This document shows positions 32,021 through 39,728 of a stretch of DNA of 64,000 nt, piece after piece; positions within the stretch are counted from its first letter, which is position 1; every line of letters starts with the position of its first letter. Made by a program: the position numbers and the translations under genes. The notes beneath the pieces are model-generated. The model was not told the origin of the DNA. It made no database searches and worked only from the letters and a program-made list of their open reading frames with translations. Origin of the DNA: Cyclobacteriaceae bacterium (GTDB lineage: Bacteria; Bacteroidota; Bacteroidia; Cytophagales; Cyclobacteriaceae); NCBI GenBank assembly GCA_041689935.1, contig JBDNFI010000012.1:5483-69482 (forward strand), read 5' to 3'.

Positions 32021-32257
32021 ATGAAAAAATTAATTCTATTTTTTGCAACAATAACACTTTATTTAGCATTTCCTAATGAATTGAAAAGTGGAGATTGTGG
32101 AGCTTCTTGTAGTTATACTCCATTTGACTTTGGGTATGAATGTAGAGAGGTTTTATATCTTTTTAATGGTCAATTTTATTGGGTAAATATGTGTGTGTCA
32201 GATACTATTCTTACTCCATTTAATAAGGTTGGAAATTGTATTATTCAAATCAAATAG
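32021..32257 (+). CDS. Small Cys-rich secreted peptide (78 aa)
   Basis: It has a signal peptide (MKKLILFFATITLYLAF) and a mature part with 5 Cys, including GDCGASC. It lies directly upstream of the two paralogous lipoprotein genes. Confidence 0.6.
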   Translation: MKKLILFFATITLYLAFPNELKSGDCGASCSYTPFDFGYECREVLYLFNGQFYWVNMCVSDTILTPFNKVGNCIIQIK

Positions 32258-32304
32258 TAAAAAAATCATTCATTTTTATGATAGATAATTTTTAGTCTAA
32301 CTTA

Positions 32305-33465
32305 TTGCTTTTACTTAGTTTTCTATTCTTAGTAAGCTGTAATTCCAGTAAAGGAATAGAGGATCCGTTAAAAGTTAAGGTGAATGAAGCGACGTATCTT
32401 TTAGGGGAGGAAAAGTTAGTGCTTCCGTTAGACTATGAATCGGGTGTTGATTCTTATATTAGGGGATACGTGGATTTTGACAGATATTTCTTCTATAATA
32501 AAAGCAATAAAAGTATATATACATACTTATTACGAGACTCCCTTTTCGAACTCGAATACATTACCCAAGTTCCTTTGAGTTTGGATAGCCATTTACAAAG
32601 AGTTGCTGAAGTATATTATCATAATACAGATTCGATTTTCGTTTTTGATGATCGTAATTTATATGGGGATCGTCCTGATTTGTTTCTTATCAATGTAAAT
32701 GGAGAGATACTTAATTCCTATAAACTTTCTAATGTCACGAATGGTGATGTAATGAAACTCGATAGACTGTATACGATTACAGGTCCCACTGTGTACTATC
32801 ATAAAGGTAAAATTTATATGGCCACAAGTTTGAGCGACCAAACGACCAAGGAAAATTTGAAACCTCTTTTGATTTATGATTTAGTTACAGGCGAAAAGAC
32901 ACTTCGTGGGGAATTCCCCTTGCTCCCCACTACTCCAATTTTTGGTCAATTTACTTACTCTTTTCAGTTTGTGTTTGTTCCAGATAGAGAAGAATTATAT
33001 TTCTCATGGGCTTATGAATCAGACTTATATCGTTATAGCTTGGTGAAGGATACTTGGGAAAAATTTAGATTTAGTGCAGATGAGTTTTCTAGGCCAGATG
33101 AAATGACTAAAAGGGACAATCTGCGATCCTATACTGAGTCTAACTCTTGGTTTTACGGCGTTTTTTACGATTACAAAACTAAAAGATTGCATAGACAATT
33201 GCTTTCTAGTCTTACTGAATTTAGCCCAACGATGAGTTCATCTAATTTGGTTCAAGGCTTGGTATTGACTCCTGATGAACAACGAATGGTTGTTTATAGT
33301 ATTGATATAGAAACAGGAAACTATGATGTAGTACATGGGTTTAGTCATTTTAGGACAATATTGTTTCACCCACGCCTCGGCCCTCTAATGCAAACACAGT
33401 TAAATGAATCTTACAACCTAGATGTAGAAGATTACTTAATTTTAGCCCCTATTGTTATTCAATAA
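32305..33465 (+). CDS. Lipoprotein, paralogue 1 (possibly beta-propeller/DUF4221-like; unverified)
   Basis: TTG start and lipobox FLVSC. It shows clear homology to the next ORF: YYHNTDSIFVFD vs CYHNQDSIFVYD, GPTVYYHKGKIYMA vs GPTMIYHKGNMYFS, and YFSWAYESDLYRY vs YFSYAYDSDLYVF. Confidence 0.7.
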   Translation: MLLLSFLFLVSCNSSKGIEDPLKVKVNEATYLLGEEKLVLPLDYESGVDSYIRGYVDFDRYFFYNKSNKSIYTYLLRDSLFELEYITQVPLSLDSHLQRVAEVYYHNTDSIFVFDDRNLYGDRPDLFLINVNGEILNSYKLSNVTNGDVMKLDRLYTITGPTVYYHKGKIYMATSLSDQTTKENLKPLLIYDLVTGEKTLRGEFPLLPTTPIFGQFTYSFQFVFVPDREELYFSWAYESDLYRYSLVKDTWEKFRFSADEFSRPDEMTKRDNLRSYTESNSWFYGVFYDYKTKRLHRQLLSSLTEFSPTMSSSNLVQGLVLTPDEQRMVVYSIDIETGNYDVVHGFSHFRTILFHPRLGPLMQTQLNESYNLDVEDYLILAPIVIQ

Positions 33466-33484
33466 TTTTACAATTTCATTAATT

Positions 33485-34660
33485 ATGCGATTATTTTTAT
33501 CCTTTTTGATTCTTGCAATTGTACTTACAGTTGCATTTGCCTGTTCAAATTTGGAGGAGGCATATGAAGTAAAAATTACTAATAAGAAGGTTCAGGTAGG
33601 AGACATGTTGATTGGGATTAAATTAGATTCTGTCAGTGGATCCTACTACAAAATAAAGGGAATTACTCCGCTAAATGAATATTATTATTTTAATCCCTAC
33701 AATTTAAGTATTTATCTATATGACTTAACCGACAGTATCAATGATGTTAAGAAAAGAATAAGAATTCCGTTGGATGCCTCAATCAATTTCCGCAATGTAG
33801 ACGATATCTGCTATCATAATCAGGACTCAATATTTGTATATGATAACTCAAATGAAGAGGGCTCGAATGCTGACTTATTTTTATTGAATGGGGAGGGAGC
33901 TATTGTCAATTCATTTAATGTTTTTGACCTGAGTCAAGGTGATCCTATGAGGGTTCCAAAGGATAATGTTTTTAACGGGCCAACGATGATTTACCATAAA
34001 GGGAATATGTATTTTTCTGCATTGCCAACTAGTAGGACCAACTCTGATAAAATTGCGCCCTTATTGAAATACAACTTAGCAAAAAGAGAACGAAGTCTTT
34101 TGGGAGATTTTGAAATAAAAATACCAGATTCTTATCATTACGTACAATTTACCATGAATGGTTTTATTGATTTCAATCCGAAGACAGAAAAGATATATTT
34201 TTCCTACGCTTATGATTCTGATTTATATGTTTTTGATATCAATAAGCAAGAATGGAAAACGCTTAGGTTCATGGCTGATCTGTTCAGAAGTCCAGATGGT
34301 ATTGGTACAGCTGAGGTTATTCCTTATATACAAGAAAATACATGGTTTATGTACCTAATGGTTGACCCTAGAGATAATACGGTGCTTAGAAAACTCTCTA
34401 TCCCAAATGATGCTTCATTGCCTGATGACTTTGATAACAATTCGATGCTCCCGCCACCGTTATTTAATCAGTGGTTATTCAAAATTGATCCAAATACAGG
34501 TGATTATGTTCAAGTTTCTGATTTTGACTTGCGTAAAGTAAGGTTTATTCATCCGAAATGGGGACCTATGATTACCGTTCAAGTAAATTACGATTCTTTA
34601 GGTCTTGATCCTCAAGATTATATATTCTTCTCGCCAGTTGATTTTTCTGGTCCTGAATAG
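33485..34660 (+). CDS. Lipoprotein, paralogue 2
   Basis: The ATG at 33485 gives MRLFLSFLILAIVLTVAFAC (lipobox). The track start at 33452 overlaps the previous gene. It is homologous to 32305-33465 along its whole length. Confidence 0.7.
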   Translation: MRLFLSFLILAIVLTVAFACSNLEEAYEVKITNKKVQVGDMLIGIKLDSVSGSYYKIKGITPLNEYYYFNPYNLSIYLYDLTDSINDVKKRIRIPLDASINFRNVDDICYHNQDSIFVYDNSNEEGSNADLFLLNGEGAIVNSFNVFDLSQGDPMRVPKDNVFNGPTMIYHKGNMYFSALPTSRTNSDKIAPLLKYNLAKRERSLLGDFEIKIPDSYHYVQFTMNGFIDFNPKTEKIYFSYAYDSDLYVFDINKQEWKTLRFMADLFRSPDGIGTAEVIPYIQENTWFMYLMVDPRDNTVLRKLSIPNDASLPDDFDNNSMLPPPLFNQWLFKIDPNTGDYVQVSDFDLRKVRFIHPKWGPMITVQVNYDSLGLDPQDYIFFSPVDFSGPE

Positions 34661-34716
34661 ATTTGATTGAAATTCTAGATAACAATTAATCAACAAATTT
34701 TCTCTTAATTAGTATT

Positions 34717-34842
34717 GAAAAATCATCCTCCCGCGATCAAATATATACGCGTGCCACCCGCAAAGGCGATTTGATGCTAGATTATTGGAAAAGAAACGCG
34801 CCAGCAGATACAGTTTGGAGAGATTCGTTGAGTATGGATTGA
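34717..34842 (+). pseudogene. Orphan 3-prime fragment (42 codons) homologous to the end of the 30487-31398 gene
   Basis: It translates EKSSSRDQIYTRATRKGDLMLDYWKRNAPADTVWRDSLSMD-stop, against EKASFRDQAYTRAIRKGNLMLDYWKRNAPADTVWRDSLKLR-stop for the intact gene. There is an in-frame stop at 34687-34689 and no start upstream. Confidence 0.8.
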
Positions 34843-34904
34843 TTTCCCAATTCTAAGCTGATACTACTTCATCAAGCTTCATCATCAATAAAGCATTTAT
34901 CGAA

Positions 34905-35870
34905 TTAAAAATTCTGAGCTAAATAGAAATATAGTGGCATCCCAACAGTAATGTTTATCGGAAAGGTAACCGCCAGAGCCATTGGCAAGAATAAACCAGG
35001 GTTAGCTTCAGGCACAGATATTTTCATGGCAGCAGGTACAGCAATATAAGAAGCACCAGCGGCTAAGATGGCAAACAAGAATCTATTGCCTAGATCATCG
35101 GTAACTACTGAACTTATAATGGCAACGATGCTGCCATTAACCAATGGTATTACTATCGCAAAAATGAGCGGGAACCAGCCAAATGAAAAGAATGCTTTCA
35201 ATTTCCTACCACTTGTTATGCCCATATCCAACAGAAAGATTGCCAAAAACCCTTTGAACAAATCATTGGTGAAAGGTTCTATCCCTTCTGCTTGTTGCGC
35301 ATTTGCCAAATATCCAATGATCAAACTCCCCAGAATAAGCAACACGCTGCCGTTGGTAAATGAATGACGGAGGACGGCGATTTTGCTAATACTTTTATTC
35401 GAAGTTTCCTTATTGAAAATTGTGAGTAGCACTAGCCCAACAATAATCGCTGGCGACTCCATTAAGGCCATAATAGCAACCATATGCCCCTGTGCAACTA
35501 ATTGTTGCGATTCTAGAAATGATACTGCCGTCACAAAAGTAACCGCACTGACCGAACCATAAGCCGCTGCGACGGCTGCCGAATCATACACATTTAATTT
35601 TATTTTGAGTATCAAAAATGTGTAAACTGGAATGATCACTGCGATGGTCATACCAAACAACATTGACCAGCCTATTTCACTTGTAATAGCTTCGTGAGAT
35701 AATTCTTGACCTCCTTTAAAACCTATGGCAAAAAGTAGATAAAGAGAAATGAATTTCGATGAATTGGACGGTATTTCTAAATCACTTTTTAAATAAACAG
35801 CAATTATCCCAAGTACAAAAAACAATAAAGCAGGATTGGTTAGATTTTCAATAAGTAGGCTGAAATTCAT
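34905..35870 (-). CDS. Sodium-dependent bicarbonate transporter family permease (SbtA/DUF897-like)
   Basis: 321 aa with 10 TM-like segments. The N-terminus NPALLFFVLGIIAVYLKSDLEIP....KFISLYLLFAIGFKGG is typical of this family. Assignment is from memory. Confidence 0.65.
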   Translation of the reverse strand: MNFSLLIENLTNPALLFFVLGIIAVYLKSDLEIPSNSSKFISLYLLFAIGFKGGQELSHEAITSEIGWSMLFGMTIAVIIPVYTFLILKIKLNVYDSAAVAAAYGSVSAVTFVTAVSFLESQQLVAQGHMVAIMALMESPAIIVGLVLLTIFNKETSNKSISKIAVLRHSFTNGSVLLILGSLIIGYLANAQQAEGIEPFTNDLFKGFLAIFLLDMGITSGRKLKAFFSFGWFPLIFAIVIPLVNGSIVAIISSVVTDDLGNRFLFAILAAGASYIAVPAAMKISVPEANPGLFLPMALAVTFPINITVGMPLYFYLAQNF

Positions 35871-36444
35871 CTTTTATGTTCTGTAGGCAAGTCTGATTTT
35901 TAAAAAGAACCAAGGTACTCATTTCCTCGGAAAATTATTTATTGGAAATCCGATAGGAACGATCGCTTAGGTTACTCAAATCTATCCATTATTGTTTAGG
36001 GCAATGGGAATTAAATTCTTTTAGACCTTTTTTATTGATGCCGCATGTTTCTCTGAACGAGTTTTACTTGCTTTTGCCTCCATTAGGGTTTGCATGTGTT
36101 TTTCAACCTCCCGCTTAGGATTTAGCATTCTGTTGCGAGCTATTCGATCTTCTCACTCAATGCGCTCTATTGAAATAAAGTTTTTCAATTAGGGTAATTG
36201 ATTGACCTTAAGCCAACATTCAATAAGATTTGCACAACTTCTTCATCTGAAAATTGGGTTAAATTCAATCTCAACAAACTCATTCAGGAAGTCCAAAGGG
36301 TTTACAAGCTCAAAACCAGAGCTTCCGATGGGATTGCTTGCTATTCGGCAATCATTTCCGTGAATTTTTCTGGGACTAAAACGAAAAAAAATATCCGAAT
36401 GCAAACTCTTCATAGTTGCATCCGGATATAATTAGTTGCTGATG

Positions 36445-37881
36445 TTACTGACCTTGCCCTAAAGAATAGGCGGCTTTTCCATCAAATGAATAGAGATTTT
36501 CCGTTTTGATAGTGTCAATATTTTCCTTGATCGAATTATTCAAAAGATCAATGATGGAAGATTTATTGAAAGCAGCACCTTGGGTAGGCTCAAATCTACA
36601 TCTCCAATGATCTGTACAAAAAGTTTCTTTAAACCCATTTGGCCAAACTTTGATGCCTCTATTGGTGATCATCTTCAGTTTGATATGGTCACTTTCTATC
36701 GTTTTTAGTTTATCAGCAAGTTCGTTTGGCTCAAGCCCATTCCAATGCACAAACACATCCACACCTACTAGTTGTTTATTGGCAGCTGGTCTGCGTTTAT
36801 ATTTTGGAAGCGACAAGGCCGAATCTGAAGCATAAGAAGCTTGTTTAAGAATGGTCGGCCTTTGGCCAAGATTGCCAATGACCGCTTGAGCAAATTCCTT
36901 CGTTCCTACTTTTGACGTGCTTAAGCCTTCCCCGTAAATATCAGCTGTATGAATGCCCTGCTCTAGGGTAAGCAACCATGCATTTTGGATGGTTTCGGCT
37001 ATCGACGATTGCCCGATATGATTCAACATCATAACGGCACCTTGCAATAGGCCTGAAGGATTAGCGATATTTTTTCCGCCAATATCTGGAGCCGTTCCAT
37101 GGATGGCTTCGAACATAGAGCACTCCTCTCCAATATTTGAAGAGCCTCCCAAACCAACTGAACCTGTGATTTCGGCGGCGATATCCGAAATAATATCGCC
37201 GTATAAATTTGGCATTACAAGTACATCAAATCTTTCTGGCGATTCGGCCACTTTAGCCGCTCCGATATCCACAATCCAATGCTCTTTAGTGATTTCAGGG
37301 TATTCCTCTGCGATTTCATCAAACACTTGGTGAAACAAACCATCCGTTTGTTTCATAATATTATCTTTTGTGAAGCAGGTTACCTTTTTGCGGTTTTGTT
37401 GCGTAGCATATTCAAAAGCATATCGAACAATTTTTTCACAACCAGGACGGCTGATCAATTTTAGGCATTGTACCACTTCATCAGTTTGTTGATGTTCAAT
37501 ACCTGCATATAAGTCTTCCTCATTTTCCCTTATAATGACCAAATCCATTTTAGGATGCTTGGTTTGAATGATAGGGTGCAAACTCATGCAGGGCCTTACA
37601 TTAGCATATAGTCCAAGGAATTTGCGGGTGGTTACATTTAAGCTCTTGTAGCCGCCACCTTGTGGAGTGGTAATAGGTGCTTTCAAAAAGATTTTGTTAC
37701 GTCTGATTACGTCCCAAGAATCAGCACTAATTCCGGAGGTGTTTCCAGCCAAGTAAACCTTTTCGCCAACCTGTATTTCTTCAATTTCAATTTTTGCTCC
37801 CGCTGCCAAAAGTATTTCTAATGTGGCATCCATAATTTCTGGGCCAATTCCATCACCTTTTGCTATCGTAATTTTTGTCAT
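36445..37881 (-). CDS. icd: Isocitrate dehydrogenase (NAD(P)-dependent) with a C-terminal extension of about 120 aa
   Basis: IAKGDGIGPEIMDA, the NLYGDIISD metal/substrate motif and HGTAPDI. The ATG at 37881 (MTKITIAKGDG) is preferred to the track start at 37911. Confidence 0.9.
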   Translation of the reverse strand: MTKITIAKGDGIGPEIMDATLEILLAAGAKIEIEEIQVGEKVYLAGNTSGISADSWDVIRRNKIFLKAPITTPQGGGYKSLNVTTRKFLGLYANVRPCMSLHPIIQTKHPKMDLVIIRENEEDLYAGIEHQQTDEVVQCLKLISRPGCEKIVRYAFEYATQQNRKKVTCFTKDNIMKQTDGLFHQVFDEIAEEYPEITKEHWIVDIGAAKVAESPERFDVLVMPNLYGDIISDIAAEITGSVGLGGSSNIGEECSMFEAIHGTAPDIGGKNIANPSGLLQGAVMMLNHIGQSSIAETIQNAWLLTLEQGIHTADIYGEGLSTSKVGTKEFAQAVIGNLGQRPTILKQASYASDSALSLPKYKRRPAANKQLVGVDVFVHWNGLEPNELADKLKTIESDHIKLKMITNRGIKVWPNGFKETFCTDHWRCRFEPTQGAAFNKSSIIDLLNNSIKENIDTIKTENLYSFDGKAAYSLGQGQ

Positions 37882-37974
37882 TTGAATCGATTTTTTTTTC
37901 CAATCTTGCAAAGATGACTATTTCATTACATAATTTTTTATTTATCTTTATAATGGAAAGCATAAATAAATTTT

Positions 37975-38898
37975 ATGAATTATACTTTAAATCAGCTACG
38001 GATTTTTCTCAAAATTGTTCAAACGCAAAGTGTTACGAAGGCCTCCGAAGAAATGCATTTAACCCAACCTGCGGTTTCTATTCAGCTCAAAAACTTCCAG
38101 AATCAGTTCGATATTCCTCTTACAGAGATAGTTGGGCGAAATATTTACATCACAGAATTTGGGAAAGAAATTGCCGAAGCTGCGGAAAGCATCATAAATC
38201 AGGTCTATGCAATCAATAACAAAACCTTGGCTTACAGGGGACAGATGGTGGGTAGGCTAAAGTTTTCGGTGGTGTCCACTGGAAAATATGTGATGCCTTA
38301 TTTCCTTACGGAATTTATGACACAACATGCCGGGATACAATTAGTGATGGATGTAACCAATAAGAATATGGTTATAAAAAGTTTGGAAAATAATGAAGTT
38401 GATTTTGCCCTTGTTTCGATTTTGCCATCCAATCTTCCTATCGAGAAATTAGATTTGCTTCAAAACAAATTGTACCTCGTCGGCAATACCAAATCAAAAA
38501 TTAAGAAGTCCCTCAGCCCACATGAAGTCTTCCAAAACTTACCGTTGATTTTCAGAGAAAAAGGCTCCGGCACGAGGCAAACAATGGAAAATTTCATTGA
38601 GGGAAACGATTTCAAAGTATTGAAAAAAATGGAACTGACTTCGAATGAAGCGGTAAAACAAGCACTATTGGCAGGTTTGGGCTATTCGATTATGCCCTTA
38701 ATTGGCATTAAAAATGAACTGCACACGAAGGAGCTACAAATAATTCCTTTGAAAGGGCTGCCAATCAGAACAACTTGGAGCTTGATTTGGCTAAAGAGCA
38801 AAAAACACTCGCCGGTTTCTTTATCCTTCTTATCGCATTTGAGAGAGCATAAAGCGCAAATTGTTCAAGATACCTTTAGCTGGTATGAGCAGTATTAG
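37975..38898 (+). CDS. LysR-family transcriptional regulator
   Basis: The N-terminal wHTH is LRIFLKIVQTQSVTKASEEMHLTQPAVSIQLKNFQ, followed by a periplasmic-binding-fold effector domain. It is divergent from icd. Confidence 0.9.
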   Translation: MNYTLNQLRIFLKIVQTQSVTKASEEMHLTQPAVSIQLKNFQNQFDIPLTEIVGRNIYITEFGKEIAEAAESIINQVYAINNKTLAYRGQMVGRLKFSVVSTGKYVMPYFLTEFMTQHAGIQLVMDVTNKNMVIKSLENNEVDFALVSILPSNLPIEKLDLLQNKLYLVGNTKSKIKKSLSPHEVFQNLPLIFREKGSGTRQTMENFIEGNDFKVLKKMELTSNEAVKQALLAGLGYSIMPLIGIKNELHTKELQIIPLKGLPIRTTWSLIWLKSKKHSPVSLSFLSHLREHKAQIVQDTFSWYEQY

Positions 38899-38934
38899 GT
38901 GGGCTTGGCTGTTTCCGTATAATATCTGTGAATC

Positions 38935-39498
38935 TTAGACCCTGAGCAAACCTCGAAAACCTCTTGCACCATCATATGACTCTACTTCACTGTGAGAAAT
39001 AAAAACGGATCCATAGCGCCAATCGCCAATTATCGCACCACCTAGTTTGCGCATGGAGGGCGGTGTCTTAAGCCAACTCGAGGTTTTGGTATCCATCTTT
39101 CCAAGCTGCTGTATTTGATGGTATTGTGCAGCCGATAAAAGCTCAATACCCATTTCAGCTGCCATGCCTACAGCACTATGTTCAGGTTTTAATTTTTTTC
39201 TTGATCCCAAAGCTTCGTGATCATAACAAACACTTCGGCGGCCTGCGGGACTTTCGGCTGAGCAATCACAAAATACAAACTCATCAGATTCTTCGTAATA
39301 GGCTACCACATCTGGCTCGCCACCCGTATCTTCCATTTGGTACAGCGACCATAGCTTTTCGGGCTTCTGTTCAAGTTTGGCTTGTATATCAGCCCAATTC
39401 AGTTCTATATGGCGTTGCGGATTTTTTCGAAACCGCTCGGCTAAGGTTTTGAGGAGGGTATCTTTTTGATCGGAGGAAAGGCTGGTTTTAACGGGCAT
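38935..39498 (-). CDS. DUF4256-like protein, function unknown
   Basis: 187 aa. The pattern (GGEPDVV....DEFVFCDCSAESP.GRRS.CYD) resembles the DUF4256 family, from memory. Confidence 0.55.
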   Translation of the reverse strand: MPVKTSLSSDQKDTLLKTLAERFRKNPQRHIELNWADIQAKLEQKPEKLWSLYQMEDTGGEPDVVAYYEESDEFVFCDCSAESPAGRRSVCYDHEALGSRKKLKPEHSAVGMAAEMGIELLSAAQYHQIQQLGKMDTKTSSWLKTPPSMRKLGGAIIGDWRYGSVFISHSEVESYDGARGFRGLLRV

Positions 39499-39525
39499 TT
39501 TTGAATGAAATTTAGTGAAAGTTTT

Positions 39526-39580
39526 TTGTTCACAAATTTTAACTGTTCACGTTACGTGAACAAATAAAAAATGTGAACAA
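39526..39580. promoter_or_regulatory. Nested inverted repeats: four GTTCAC/GTGAAC half-sites
   Basis: The outer arms are TTGTTCACA (39526-39534) and TGTGAACAA (39572-39580). The inner element is a perfect 9+1+9 palindrome, TGTTCACGTTACGTGAACA (39544-39562). Half-sites are symmetrically spaced 17 bp apart. The element lies 28-82 bp upstream of the DUF4256-like gene start. Confidence 0.6.
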
Positions 39581-39728
39581 AATTTTTAAAGACTGAGTCT
39601 TGCGTAGACTTTATTCCTTTTTCTCTTCGTTCAATCTATCCCGATCAGTGAAATTGATTTTTACTATGTCTAATACTATCAGCCATTCTCCTCATTAGTA
39701 TTCTTTCATTCATTGCCTCTCTAGCAAA

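Noticed and set aside
36198-36431. 77-aa + strand ORF
   Set aside because: It has no signal, motif or sensible composition. It sits in a probable non-coding gap and ends a few nt before the convergent icd stop.
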